64,000 bases of DNA, taken from the NCBI GenBank assembly GCA_002433485.1, contig DJIF01000130.1, positions 26,553 through 90,552 on the forward strand. Reading direction: 5' to 3'. The position numbers and the translations under genes are program-made. The notes under the pieces are model-generated. The model searched no databases. It was not told the DNA's origin and was given only the letters and a program-made list of their open reading frames with translations. Below are positions 1 through 9,850 of the stretch, in pieces; positions within the stretch are counted from its first letter, which is position 1, and every line of letters begins with the position of its first letter. Source of the stretch: Deltaproteobacteria bacterium UBA6601 (GTDB taxonomy: Bacteria > Myxococcota_A > UBA796 > UBA9615).

Positions 1-1746
1 CCAGGGAGCCGACGACCATGGAGTGATGATACGAACCCGGCGCCTTGACGATCATCTCCCTTAACAAGGGATGATTGAGGTTGCTCAGCTCCAGCAGCCG
101 GCTCTCAGTGAGGAAGCCGAGGCTCTCAAATAGGGGCACCAGCCCTACCGCTAGAATGCCGGCAGCGATTCCCCCTGCGCAGGCGAAGAATACGTGCAGA
201 CTGAGGCTGCGTCCCAGCCCTGCCCCAGCCCAGGCGCCACCTTGCAGACCCAAGTGCTCGACCCCGCTGATGGTGAGCACCATTGCGGCGTTGACCAGAG
301 CCGCCATGACTCCTGCTCGAATTAAGCCGCCTCGCTCAGAGCGCTGTCCTACACCGCCGGCGGCCGTCACCGAAGAGACCATGTAGAAGACCCCAAGCCA
401 CAGTCCACCGTCCATGATGATGGCGCAGATGAATGACGCCACCACAGACCACACCACGGTGGTCTCCGAGTTCATCAGCATGCGGACCATGATCCCGCCC
501 ACCGCCACCGGCACCAGATAGCCGTAGGCAGTGAATGGGACGGACGTCGAGAGCGTAGAAAGCCCCACCGCGACCGACTGCAGCAGGGCGGAGATGCTGC
601 CCACCAAGATGAGCAGCACCGCCATTGAGAAAAGCTCTGTGGTGCGGCGGCGGAACTTACTGATAAATCGGTTTGCAAAGAAGGCCAGCATGGCCAGGAA
701 CAGGGCCAGCAGCGCAGTGAGGGCGGCGAAGTGTTTAAGGGGCTTATAGGCTCGTGCTTCTTTGCCCATCTGCTCCAGGACCAGCAGGGTCCAGGCGTCC
801 AGGGCATCGCCCTCCCGACAGATGATCTGACCGGCCTGGTAGGTCCGGCTGACGGGTTGAGTTCCTGCTGAAGCCTTCTGCCGCCGAACGGCCGTCTCCG
901 AAGCCACAAAGCGCAGATTCGGGGTGCACAGTTGCTGGGCCACATAGACCGCCGTTTCGCGAATGTGAGGCGGTCGGTCGCTAAAGTCCGATGCTGCATT
1001 TAACGCGATGAGCCGGCGGGCATCGGCCACCACCCGGACCTGGCTGAGGTCTTCTACGCGAAGCTCTTCTTCCTGACTTCCCTCTCTGCGGATCACCGCG
1101 ATGGGCCCTCGGTTGGGCAGATTCTGTCGGTCAAGGGCAACGTAGCCGCGCATGGAGGCGCGCACCAGTTCCTTGATGTCGCGCTGGACGGTGTCGTTGA
1201 AGCGCAGAGTCTGCAGGGTGGCCAGGTCAGTATCGCGTAGTGGCACCGCCAGGGTCTGTTGGAAACGATTCAGTTCCTGCTCGAGAAAGGCTGGGTCGTA
1301 GGTGTTCTGGGGCTGCTGCACGGTAGTCTGGCTCGGTCGCGGGACATCCCCAGCCACTCTTCCTGTGCCAAGGGCACTACGGATTTCTCGAAATGCGCGA
1401 TCCACCCGGTCCAGCTGGTGCCGGGCCAGAATCACGTCATGGTCAAATACGGAGGCGGTTCTGGCGACTGCTTCCAGGCGGCGCTCTTCGGTGAGTTCGG
1501 CGTCTACTACTTCGATGGTGCTGTGGGCTCGTATGTCCGAAGGTGAAATGTCACCGACCTTGAGGCCTGCTACTCCGTCAAGGGGGGTCCAGTCCACCAT
1601 AAAAGCGGCCAGCGCTGCAGCTGTGATGAGACCAATGGCGAGGCGAGCGAGCAGGTTGCGGCGCCTGGCAAAAAGAGCGAGCAACCGCTCTCTCCAGCCG
1701 GCGCTGCTGCGCCCGCTGCCTGGTCCTGGCATGCGCTTGGAGATCA
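1..1746 (-). CDS. 7TM receptor with intracellular HD/HDIG phosphohydrolase domain (partial; C-terminal HD domain runs off window start)
   Basis: Reverse-strand translation from the ATG at about 1746 gives MISKRMPGPG..., then a periplasmic region, multiple TM helices (AYGYLVPVAVGGIMVRMLMN...) and the start of an HD domain (NHPLLREMIVKAPGSYHHSMVVGSL) at the window edge. Typical gene downstream of phoH (phoH-ybeY-HD/CBS neighbourhood). Not in the ORF track as one piece because it is open at position 1. Confidence 0.7.
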
Positions 1747-1750
1747 TGAA

Positions 1751-2662
1751 TCAGGCCCTGGACGACTCGGCAGACTCATAAGCCGCAATGATGCGTCGCA
1801 CCAGGGGATGGCGGACCACATCATTACGACTGAACTCAACGAATGGGATCTCATTGATGCCCTGCAGAACGCGGCGGACCTCGGTCAGACCAGAGCGGCG
1901 GCCCTCGGGTAAATCAATTTGAGTGATGTCTCCAGTGATCACCACCTTGCTCTCAACGCCGAGCCGGGTCAGGAACATCTTCATCTGTTGCGAGGTGGTG
2001 TTCTGAGCCTCATCCAGAATGATGAATGCTTTGCCTAGAGTCCTTCCCCTCATAAAGGCCATCGGAGCCACCTCTATGGTGCCTTGCTGGAGGAATCGTT
2101 GGCATTTGCCCGGATCCATCATGTCGTGCAGAGCGTCGTACAGTGGCCGAAGATAGGGATTGACCTTCTCCGCCAGATCTCCCGGCAGGAAGCCGAGCTT
2201 CTCGCCAGCCTCTACCGCGGGCCGGGTCAGGATGATGCGCCGGACTTCTCCGGCCTGTAATGCGGCCACCGCCATTGCCACCGCCAGATAGGTCTTGCCG
2301 GTGCCAGCGGGACCGACTCCAAATACAATGTCGTGCTGCCGGATGGCGTCAATGTAGCGCTTCTGGTTGGGCGAGCGGGGAACAATAGGGCGCTTGCGAG
2401 CGGTGACCAGAATGGTGTCGAGCATGAACTCTCGGAGGTCGCGAGTGTCGCCCCGACTGATCATTTCCGCAGCGTGGGCAATCTCCCAACGCGTCAGGGA
2501 GTGACCGCCCTTGAGGAGGGTGAGAAGCTGTTCGATGAGCCGCCCGGTGTCGGCCCGGGCAGCCTCGGCGCCACTGAGCAGAAGCAGGTTGCCGCGCATG
2601 TCGATGCGGACCCCCATCGCTCTCTCTATGCTCTTAAAGTTGCGCCTGCCCTCGCCGCTCAA
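1751..2662 (-). CDS. phoH: PhoH-like ATPase (PhoH/YbeZ family)
   Basis: Walker A GVGPAGTGKTYLAV, Walker B FIILDEAQNTT, the ITGDITQIDLP motif and length of about 300 aa. Alternative (TTG) start in the track. Confidence 0.85.
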   Translation of the reverse strand: MSGEGRRNFKSIERAMGVRIDMRGNLLLLSGAEAARADTGRLIEQLLTLLKGGHSLTRWEIAHAAEMISRGDTRDLREFMLDTILVTARKRPIVPRSPNQKRYIDAIRQHDIVFGVGPAGTGKTYLAVAMAVAALQAGEVRRIILTRPAVEAGEKLGFLPGDLAEKVNPYLRPLYDALHDMMDPGKCQRFLQQGTIEVAPMAFMRGRTLGKAFIILDEAQNTTSQQMKMFLTRLGVESKVVITGDITQIDLPEGRRSGLTEVRRVLQGINEIPFVEFSRNDVVRHPLVRRIIAAYESAESSRA

Positions 2663-2809
2663 TTCGTTGAGTAGGCGCGAGTCGGCAACTTCAATGCGCT
2701 CCAGTTGGTTGGTGCTGGCGCCTTCGGGGTCTTCGTTGTGGGTCTCGATAATCCTGAGTCTCCAAAGGGAGTGGAGCTCCCTGAGCCGAGATTAGCACTA
2801 CCGGCCCGA

Positions 2810-4579
2810 TCAACGTTCGATGAACACCAGGGTGATCACCAGAGAGCCGGCGCTGTGCTCCCCCATGGGCTGCCGCAGCCTGCGAATGCCAATGCCAAGC
2901 TCCATAAACTCCTCATGTGTCACATGAGTTACTTTGTCTACCTTGCTGGGATCACTTGTAATAATAAGGTCAACCCCAACCCTTCTTACGTTCAGGTAGT
3001 GAAAGCGTGCGTCCTGGGCGATCTCGCGTCGTTGGCTTGCGCTGAGTCGTAAGCTTCCTGATCTAAGAATCTCTTCACTGGTTCGCAGTGCTAGCTCGTC
3101 CAGCTTTTCGCGACTTTTTATTGTGGCGAGGCCCATGGCTCTGCGACGCCCATTGATGCGGTTGAGAATCGCTTCCTGCCATTGCTCCCCGGGGCCATCT
3201 GCCAGCAATTCGGCAAAAAGTTGCGATACGAGCGCTGACCAACGACCGCGTGCGTCACGTTTGAGCACCACCCCTACGCCTCCCGAACTCACCTCAGGGT
3301 CCAGCAGATTGGCTCGATGGGCAGGACTCGCCATCAGCGCCGCGTGGGCCTCAGCGACGTTGGCTGCCATCGCCACGTTCTCGCGTAACCGCAGTGCAGC
3401 GAGGCCCTGCTGCTCGAGGCGCGAAATGGCGTTCCCGGAGGAGGTGTGATGGCCAAAACGCTCGCCCCGACCAAGGTCCGAGGCGTGTTGCCTGGCGGCC
3501 CGGGAGAGAGCCTCGGAGGCGCGTAATGGCAGTAGATTACGACTCTTTCGGGTCGCTTGGATCAACCCCCACAGTTGTTGTTCGGCGAGGCGGACGTCGT
3601 TGGGTCGGGGCGCCCGGTTAGGGTCTCGGTGAGCTCCAGCGGCCCAGGCACCAGCCTCTGAGCTCAACTGGGAAGGGTTTGGGCCCGCGGAAGTGCCGCT
3701 CTGAGTTTGGCTGCCCCCCCCCCGGCCCAGGTATGGATTGCGGGCAAGCGGGCGGCTGGTGGTGTCAGTTGGGGGGGGAGCCTGGCGCGCTGGTCGTCTG
3801 GGCGTGGTCGGTCCCGCCCTGCGGTGATTGCGCCGCCATAATGCCAGCACCTCGGGACCGGCCGACCCATCGGCAACCAGTTCCCACAGACTGGTCCCAG
3901 GGAATTTGCGGTCGGGGATCTTGAGGGTCCAATTACCGTGCTTGTCGGTAGCGCTGCCTTCAAAGCTCAGCACTTCACCCTCGGCTTTGGTCACGAATAG
4001 GCGGGGCGCCCGATAGCTGCCGGACAGGGACATGTGCACCGGGCCTTCCGCTCCGTTCAGGAAACCGCTGCCAGACAGGCGGACTACCCGCCGTAGCAGT
4101 AACACGCCAACGGTTAAGGTTTGCTCCTTGCGCTCCACTGCCAGCGCCATTGCGTTGTGTCGATGGGCACGCAGGGCTGGATCGGTAAGCAAGCCTTCAA
4201 GCGCAGCGACAGCAGCGAGCTGCGGCTCTGAGTCTGTTCGAAACCGAATTCTTAGCGGGCTGAATTCAAAGTCGACGACTCCTTTGCGCCATAGCCGGTC
4301 ACGCACTTCGCCCCGATCGACCTTGGTGGGTCGGTGGTCCCCGGCCAACCAGCGCGCGACCTGCTGCAAGCGATCATCCCGCAACATCAGGCGGCCCAGT
4401 TTTTTCTCGGCAAAGCTGCGCAGTTCTTGTTCCAACTCAGCCGTGCTTTGCTCGCCGGGGTCGGGGGCTTGTGGCTCGGCAGTAGCGGATGCAGGACAGA
4501 GCAGCAGGCCAAGAATGCTGAGGGTTGCGCTAAGGATGAGCAGGTCAGCGCGAAAAAAGGTTGTTCTCATGTCTCTCAT
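2810..4579 (-). CDS. secreted protein with CAP (SCP/PR-1/YkwD-like) domain(s) and Pro/Gly-rich linker
   Basis: Start chosen at internal M (MRDMRTTFFRADLLILSATLSILGLLLCPASATAEP = signal peptide) by codon arithmetic from track ORF 2810..4708. C-terminal half has CAP-family signatures (GHHTSSGNAI..., NVAMAANVAEAHAALMASPAHRANLLDPEVSSGGVGVV) and a second CAP-like repeat. Central PPPTDTT/GRGGGSQTQSG low-complexity linker. Confidence 0.55.
   Translation of the reverse strand: MRDMRTTFFRADLLILSATLSILGLLLCPASATAEPQAPDPGEQSTAELEQELRSFAEKKLGRLMLRDDRLQQVARWLAGDHRPTKVDRGEVRDRLWRKGVVDFEFSPLRIRFRTDSEPQLAAVAALEGLLTDPALRAHRHNAMALAVERKEQTLTVGVLLLRRVVRLSGSGFLNGAEGPVHMSLSGSYRAPRLFVTKAEGEVLSFEGSATDKHGNWTLKIPDRKFPGTSLWELVADGSAGPEVLALWRRNHRRAGPTTPRRPARQAPPPTDTTSRPLARNPYLGRGGGSQTQSGTSAGPNPSQLSSEAGAWAAGAHRDPNRAPRPNDVRLAEQQLWGLIQATRKSRNLLPLRASEALSRAARQHASDLGRGERFGHHTSSGNAISRLEQQGLAALRLRENVAMAANVAEAHAALMASPAHRANLLDPEVSSGGVGVVLKRDARGRWSALVSQLFAELLADGPGEQWQEAILNRINGRRRAMGLATIKSREKLDELALRTSEEILRSGSLRLSASQRREIAQDARFHYLNVRRVGVDLIITSDPSKVDKVTHVTHEEFMELGIGIRRLRQPMGEHSAGSLVITLVFIER
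3714..3723. repeat. homopolymeric C10 tract inside the CAP-protein coding sequence
   Basis: ctgCCCCCCCCCCggccc. Encodes GRGGGS on the minus strand. Confidence 0.6.
3771..3778. repeat. homopolymeric G8 tract inside the CAP-protein coding sequence
   Basis: ttGGGGGGGGag. Encodes PPP of the Pro-rich linker on the minus strand. Confidence 0.55.
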
Positions 4580-4719
4580 GTTCTTGACCCGCGCATCGTG
4601 CCCCGTATTAGAATCGCCAGCCTCGTTGTTTGGAGTCCGGTCGGCGTTCCCGTTCCGGGCCCTATCCCCTACCCCATTGGACACCGCAGCACAGGGCGGC
4701 CTTTGCAAAGGAGTTCGGC
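4580..4719. promoter_or_regulatory. divergent intergenic region between CAP-protein gene (-) and ald (+), containing the ald RBS AAAGGAG (about 4707-4713)
   Basis: 140-nt non-coding gap between divergently oriented starts. RBS read directly. Promoters not identified. Confidence 0.35.
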
Positions 4720-5838
4720 ATGATCATCGGCGTTCCCACAGAGATCAAGGCACAGGAGTCACGAATCGGACTGGTTCCGTCGGGGGTCAAGGCTTTTGCT
4801 GAGCGCGGCCATCGGGTGGTGATCCAGGCCGGTGCGGGACTCGGGGCAGGCTTGAGTGACGCTGAGTTCGTGGCTCAGGGTGCTGAGATCCTTCCCGATG
4901 CTGCCGCTGTCTGGGCTGAGGCAGAGATGATCATTAAGGTCAAAGAGCCGGTCAGTAACGAGCGGGGCGATGAGTTCTCGTACATGAAGCCCGGCCAGGT
5001 CCTGTACACCTACCTTCACCTCGCCCCCGCACCCCAATTGACCCGCAAGCTGCTGGAACGCGATGTGGTTGGCATAGCTTACGAGACTATTGAAGGTAGA
5101 GGGGGCAGTCTGCCGTTGTTGATTCCCATGTCCGAGGTCGCTGGTCGAATGTCCGTCCAGGCAGGCGCTGCCTGCCTGGAGGTGCCCCGCGGCGGGCGGG
5201 GAGTCCTGCTCGGTGGAGTCCCGGGCGTAGAGCCAGGGGTGGTGGTGATCATCGGCGCCGGGATTGTCGGCAGGAACGCTGCTCAAATGGCGGTCGGACT
5301 GGGCGCCGAGGTCTGGATTCTGGACATTGATCTCGACAAGCTACGGTATTGCGATGACATCTGGGGATCCCGGGTCAAGACTTTGATGAGCAATCGCCTC
5401 AACATTGAGAAGGCTTTGTCCCGTGCTGACCTGGTCGTGGGGGCGGTACTCATTCCTGGTGCGCGGGCTCCCCACCTGGTGACGCGAGACATGCTGGGCT
5501 TGATGAAGAAGGCGTCGGTAGTGGTTGATGTTGCAGTGGACCAGGGAGGCTGCGTGGAGACAACCCATCCCACTACCCACGCTGAGCCCACCTATCTGGT
5601 GGATGGCATCGTTCATTATGGGGTGGCCAACATGCCTGGTGCAGTGGCCAGGACCTCTACCTTCGCTCTGACCAATGCCACCCTGCCCTTCGGCCTGCGG
5701 CTAGCTGACCTTGGCGTTGAGCAAGCGGTCAAGTCCACCCCTGGCCTGCGGGCGGGTGTCAATGTCTATCGCGGCTCGATCACGTATCAAGCAGTCGCTG
5801 ATTCGCTTTCCATGGAGAAGAGCGACTTGCCCTTCTGA
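4720..5838 (+). CDS. ald: alanine dehydrogenase
   Basis: [10 protein letters not shown] start preceded by AAAGGAG RBS. Rossmann motif [14 protein letters not shown]. Overall AlaDH/PNT family sequence. The track ORF starts earlier (4630, TTG) but lacks an RBS. Confidence 0.9.
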   Translation: MIIGVPTEIKAQESRIGLVPSGVKAFAERGHRVVIQAGAGLGAGLSDAEFVAQGAEILPDAAAVWAEAEMIIKVKEPVSNERGDEFSYMKPGQVLYTYLHLAPAPQLTRKLLERDVVGIAYETIEGRGGSLPLLIPMSEVAGRMSVQAGAACLEVPRGGRGVLLGGVPGVEPGVVVIIGAGIVGRNAAQMAVGLGAEVWILDIDLDKLRYCDDIWGSRVKTLMSNRLNIEKALSRADLVVGAVLIPGARAPHLVTRDMLGLMKKASVVVDVAVDQGGCVETTHPTTHAEPTYLVDGIVHYGVANMPGAVARTSTFALTNATLPFGLRLADLGVEQAVKSTPGLRAGVNVYRGSITYQAVADSLSMEKSDLPF

Positions 5839-5851
5839 GTCGGTCTTCTTT

Positions 5852-5868
5852 GCGGCTCTATTGGCCGC
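5852..5868. terminator. weak hairpin (GCGGC-tctattg-GCCGC) between convergent ald and the 511-aa ORF
   Basis: 5-bp GC stem read from sequence, overlapping the minus-strand stop codon. Followed by tctttcg on +. Could act bidirectionally. Low stability. Confidence 0.2.
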
Positions 5869-7393
5869 TCTTTCGTCGCTTATAGAGCTTCCCGGCCTGG
5901 GTGAACACGGCCGAGCTGACGTTGCGGTTGGAGGCGAGCTTCTGCAGGTCCTTGACGTGCAGTGAGTTGAGCAAGCTGATGGCAGTTGGAATGGGCGTCT
6001 TGGGGTTGCCTGCCAGGGCGACCTTTACCGGGTATTTGCGCATGAACTCGCGGTTTGAGGTGAGTGCTCGGATGACCTCCTCGTGAATTGAACGATTGGT
6101 TGCAATGGCCAGCACTTCAGAGTCGGTGATACGGCCTGAGTTGACCACTGCGCAAGCGACGATCTTGTTGGTGTCTCGAACCAGCACTTCGCGGACTCCC
6201 TTGTTGGCCTTATAGGAGAGTTTTATCTTCTCACCGACGGTCATCTCGTCGAGCTGCTGGCGAAGGCTGAGCTTCTTCTCCTCGTCCATCTCCGCCTTGT
6301 CGTCATCAGTGAAGTTGCCGTCAAAGCTGCCTTGCTCTTCGTTTAGGTCAAAGCTGAAATCCGAGTCTTGGAGCGAGGTCTTACCGCTGAGGTCCAGCAG
6401 CACTTCTTGCGCTTCCTCTTCGTCGGCCCTGGCCAGGCGCTGGGCGATGGCTGGGAGCTTGAACTCGCGTTGCACGCCACTGTCGTCAGCGCCAACCACC
6501 ACCGGTCTAGCGTTCAGTTCGTAGGCAGCGGCATCCATGTCCATGGGCGGTGGCGCCAAGAAGCTCGCCTGCAGTGTGATACCCCAATCGCTGAGCAGCG
6601 CCGAGAGAGGGTTGATCAGTCCTTCAACTACGGGCGGGCGGTGTTCGGGCCTGGGCGGAATGTAGACTTCTCCAGCGATGAAGTCGTCCGGCAACTCTAC
6701 CTGTGGCGGGCCTTTGGAGCTCCCAGTTTGCTGCACATCTGCGCTGGCCGATTGTTCTGTGGAAACGGGCGGCTGAGCGGCACCTTGTGTTGGTTCGGCT
6801 GGTTCCGCCGTATCGGCACTGACCTTGGGGGCGGCCTCCTGATCTGGTGCTTGCTCCTGGATTTCGATGCCGTAAAGCCGCAGAAAACTCTTGATGCGAT
6901 CAAGCAGTGAGGCCGCGGTGTTCGGGTTGCGCTGCAGGAAGTAGACCACGCGTGGGCTGACCAGCATGCGCTCCTGGTTGCTTCCAATGATCTCGAGTAG
7001 CCGCCCATCGGCAGTCTCTGCCAGATAGAAAAGGGTCTTGTCATTAAGCTGAGGCATCAGCGCCAGTCGCTCTTGAAGTCGAGCTTCAGGGGGTCGGCGG
7101 TAGGCCAAGAATTCCAAAATCTTGGGATGAGTGTTCTTGTCCAGCATGCCGAGCAGCATCTGTTCGGGAATGCCGAGGATCCCCTTTTGCGCTGCTTTGA
7201 CTACCTCCTCGTCGCCATCGCCGATGAGCAGATACATCATCGCCAGTAGGGTCTTGGGCGGCGCAGGCAGCATGCTGCGCGCAACCGCCATTTTGCCCTT
7301 CTTGGGAGCGTCGGGCGCTACGTGCTTACGCAGATCCGGCGAGATCGCCAGTCGCTCACAGAGCTCCTCGAAGCTGACTTCCTGGTCGCTCAC
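5858..7393 (-). CDS. hypothetical protein (N- and C-terminal helical repeat regions, central acidic Pro/Glu/Asp-rich linker)
   Basis: 511-aa ORF with a coherent codon pattern. No motif I can assign. Repetitive approximately 30-aa helical units at both ends (…ALTSNREFMRKYPVKVALAGNPKTPIPTAISLLNSLHVKDLQKLASNRNV…). Confidence 0.4.
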   Translation of the reverse strand: MSDQEVSFEELCERLAISPDLRKHVAPDAPKKGKMAVARSMLPAPPKTLLAMMYLLIGDGDEEVVKAAQKGILGIPEQMLLGMLDKNTHPKILEFLAYRRPPEARLQERLALMPQLNDKTLFYLAETADGRLLEIIGSNQERMLVSPRVVYFLQRNPNTAASLLDRIKSFLRLYGIEIQEQAPDQEAAPKVSADTAEPAEPTQGAAQPPVSTEQSASADVQQTGSSKGPPQVELPDDFIAGEVYIPPRPEHRPPVVEGLINPLSALLSDWGITLQASFLAPPPMDMDAAAYELNARPVVVGADDSGVQREFKLPAIAQRLARADEEEAQEVLLDLSGKTSLQDSDFSFDLNEEQGSFDGNFTDDDKAEMDEEKKLSLRQQLDEMTVGEKIKLSYKANKGVREVLVRDTNKIVACAVVNSGRITDSEVLAIATNRSIHEEVIRALTSNREFMRKYPVKVALAGNPKTPIPTAISLLNSLHVKDLQKLASNRNVSSAVFTQAGKLYKRRKSGQ

Positions 7394-7423
7394 CCCTTTA
7401 GCCTAGCACGGGGCGGGCACTGG

Positions 7424-8191
7424 TCAGGCGTTGGACTCAAACAGGATGCGCAGACCTTCCAGAGTAAGATCGTCAACCACTTTATCAATGGTCGCGCTCT
7501 CTGCTGCGATGACCGTGGCCAGACCGCCGGTGGCGAGCACCTCTGGAGTGCCCTGCGAGTCGAGCTCCTCGAGAATCCGCCGAACTAGCCCGTCCACAAG
7601 ACTCACGTAGCCGAAGAATAGGCCCGACTGCATAGAGTGAATAGTATTTTTGCCGATAACCGTACGGGGGCGGGCGATCTCGACCCGAGGCAGTTTGCTG
7701 GTGCGTCGCGTGAGTGCTTCCGCCGAAATCTGGAAGCCCGGAGCGATGATTCCTCCCAGGTACTCGCCTTTTTGACTTACACAGTCGAAGGTCGTCGCCG
7801 TCCCAAAGTCCACCACCACGCAGGCCTTCCTGACTCGCTGAAAGGCCGCTACAGCGTTAACGATACGGTCCGCGCCCACCTCGCGGGGATTATCGGCGAG
7901 GATCGGCAGGCCGGTTCGAATTCCGGGACCCACTACCAGAGGAGTCACAGAGAAGAACCGCTCACAGGTCTGCTGCAGTGCGCGCAGTTGGTCGGGAACT
8001 ACACAGGAGATGATCGCGCCGGTTGGGCGCCCTTCAAGCTGGCTGTTACGAAACAGATCCAGAAACAGCACCCCCAGTTCGTCCGAGGTGCGACCTGTGA
8101 TAGTTCGTAGCCGATAGCGATGCAGCAGCTTTGGTCCGCGCCAGACCCCAAGCACGATGTTGGTGTTGCCAACGTCAATGACCAGCAGCAT
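7424..8191 (-). CDS. coaX: type III pantothenate kinase
   Basis: MLLVIDVGNTNIVLGVW N-terminus, DxGTATT-like (VVDFGTATTFD) and GGIIAPG motifs of CoaX/Bvg accessory factor family. 4-nt ATGA overlap with birA. Confidence 0.85.
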   Translation of the reverse strand: MLLVIDVGNTNIVLGVWRGPKLLHRYRLRTITGRTSDELGVLFLDLFRNSQLEGRPTGAIISCVVPDQLRALQQTCERFFSVTPLVVGPGIRTGLPILADNPREVGADRIVNAVAAFQRVRKACVVVDFGTATTFDCVSQKGEYLGGIIAPGFQISAEALTRRTSKLPRVEIARPRTVIGKNTIHSMQSGLFFGYVSLVDGLVRRILEELDSQGTPEVLATGGLATVIAAESATIDKVVDDLTLEGLRILFESNA

Positions 8192-8976
8192 CAGAGGCTC
8201 CCGAGATGAACATCGCCCGCCACCACAGCGTGACGTGTGCCCTTTCCGTCTAGCACTTCCAGGGCACCGCTGTCCTGTACTCCTACCACCTTCACCGCCT
8301 GTGGATGGCCTTTGCGCTCAATGACAACCTCTCGGCCCAGCATCGGCTCAATGGCCGTCCGATAGCAGTGCATCAGCCGTTCCGGCCCATCCAGGATCAG
8401 TCGGTCCTCATGATCAAGGAAACGCTCAAGGATTCTATTGAAGAGAGCGCCCCGGGCTAGCTGCTCTGGCATATCGCCGCGCAGTTCTTCGCGCAGCGAT
8501 GTGGCTTGATGAATCAGCTCCTCTGGCCAGCCTCCCGGGGGTGCGCGCAAATTCATGCCCAAGCCTACTACCAGAGCATCGCGCAGAGGCTGCCCCCCAT
8601 CGCTCCGCTCGCATAAGATTCCACCGAGCTTGCGATCACCGAAGTAGAGGTCGTTGGGCCACTTTAACCAGGCTCCTGCAAGCTCCCCTTGGATAGCTTC
8701 AAGGCTTGCGACCCCGGCGAGCAGCGTCCAGCGGACCGCCTCTGCAGCAGCGACCGGTGGGCGCCTCAATATTGAGAATGTGAGACCGCAGCCTCCCGGT
8801 GCAATCCAGGAACGGCCTTGTCGACCCCGGCCTCTGGTCTGGCGATCGGCGAGCAGCACCAGGCCCTCTTCTGTGCCTTGCTCGGCCTCCTCCAGCAGAG
8901 CGCTATTGGTCGAGGCCACTGACTCTTCGTGACGTAACCTCAGGCGCCGCTGCAGGCGCTCCGTGAGGGCGATCAC
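8191..8976 (-). CDS. birA: biotin--[acetyl-CoA-carboxylase] ligase (group I, no HTH)
   Basis: GRGRQGRSW biotin-binding loop (GRGRxGRxW), KWPNDLY motif, 261 aa. Adjacent to coaX as in many genomes. Confidence 0.8.
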   Translation of the reverse strand: MIALTERLQRRLRLRHEESVASTNSALLEEAEQGTEEGLVLLADRQTRGRGRQGRSWIAPGGCGLTFSILRRPPVAAAEAVRWTLLAGVASLEAIQGELAGAWLKWPNDLYFGDRKLGGILCERSDGGQPLRDALVVGLGMNLRAPPGGWPEELIHQATSLREELRGDMPEQLARGALFNRILERFLDHEDRLILDGPERLMHCYRTAIEPMLGREVVIERKGHPQAVKVVGVQDSGALEVLDGKGTRHAVVAGDVHLGSL

Positions 8977-9839
8977 AGCGCTTCTATCTGGAGTGAAAGG
9001 TCTACAGCACGACTCTGGTGGGTTATGGCGCCACAGGAGATGACGTCGACACCGGTCTCGGCGATGGCCGCTACGGTCTCAAGCGAGACCCCACCACTGG
9101 CTTCCAGGAGCACGCCTGGCGCTTCGCGGCGCAGAGTTTCGACCATGTTGCGCAGTTCCTCTACGCTGAAATTGTCGAGCAGTAAGGCTCCAGCCCCGGC
9201 TTCGGCAGCCTCTATGGCCTGCTTTAAGCTTTCGACCTCAACTTGAATCCTTAGCAGGTGGTGGCCATGTCGCTGGGCCCTGCGCACCGCTTCGGCGATG
9301 CCGCCTGCTGCAGCGATATGATTGTCTTTAATCATAAGTCCATCATCGAGCCCAAAGCGGTGATTTCGCGCGCCACCGACCCGGACCGCGTATTTTTCCA
9401 GGTGCCGCAATCCTGGCGTCGTTTTACGTGTGTCGACCAGCCGGGCTGAAGCCTCGGGCCCAACCCGTGAGCAGAACTCACGGCAGAGAGTGGCAATTCC
9501 CGACATTCGCTGAGCAAAATTCAGGGCGACCCGTTCAGCAGTCAAAATGCTTGCCAGGCTTCCACTGACGCGGGCGACTGGCTGGCGCGGGCCCTTGCAG
9601 GTGCTGCCTTCTTCCATCAGCCCGGTGAAGCTGAGCTTAGGGTCGACTTGCGAGAACACTTCGCGCATCACTGGCAGACCACAGAGCACCAGCGGCTCTC
9701 GAGCCAGGATTTGCGCTGTGCCCTCTCGCGCTTTGTCCACTACCGAGTTGGTAGTGATGTCACCACTGCCTACGTCCTCAGTTAGCGCTCGCGCTACCGT
9801 TTCGCGGTAGGCGCTGCTATGGAGCGGCGCTGGTTTCAC
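8973..9839 (-). CDS. nadC: nicotinate-nucleotide pyrophosphorylase (quinolinate phosphoribosyltransferase)
   Basis: QPRTase family sequence throughout (TTNSVV…, LLDNFSVEEL, GVDVISCGAITHS). Confidence 0.85.
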   Translation of the reverse strand: MKPAPLHSSAYRETVARALTEDVGSGDITTNSVVDKAREGTAQILAREPLVLCGLPVMREVFSQVDPKLSFTGLMEEGSTCKGPRQPVARVSGSLASILTAERVALNFAQRMSGIATLCREFCSRVGPEASARLVDTRKTTPGLRHLEKYAVRVGGARNHRFGLDDGLMIKDNHIAAAGGIAEAVRRAQRHGHHLLRIQVEVESLKQAIEAAEAGAGALLLDNFSVEELRNMVETLRREAPGVLLEASGGVSLETVAAIAETGVDVISCGAITHQSRAVDLSLQIEAL

Positions 9840-9850
9840 GGGTTCCGTCC

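Noticed and set aside
75-1781. Plus-strand ORFs 75..386, 531..749, 1259..1546, 1302..1781 and minus ORFs 475..999, 744..929
   Set aside because: All lie inside or antisense to the long open minus-strand 7TM-HD gene, which is missing from the track only because it has no stop or start inside the window. Their translations are Arg/Ser/Pro-rich low complexity typical of off-frame high-GC sequence.
4600-4630. Apparent 1-nt disagreements between my hand translation and the ORF track near 4615-4622 and 33082-33120
   Set aside because: Most likely my own transcription slips when reading the text. The ORF track is computed, so I used codon arithmetic from track ends for start coordinates. Residual +/-1 nt uncertainty remains for hand-placed features.
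4032-4802. 256-aa plus-strand ORF and other long antisense ORFs (e.g. 14994..16016, 18947..20272, 28984..29745, 30116..30964, 59767..60336)
   Set aside because: Antisense to well-supported genes (CAP protein, recJ, secD, ceramidase-like ORF, DinG). Arg/Ser/Pro/Ala-rich composition. Typical spurious ORFs of GC-rich DNA.
5839-5870. Strong Rho-independent terminator after ald
   Set aside because: Only a 5-bp GC stem without a clear U-tract. Kept as a low-confidence hairpin feature, not a confident terminator.
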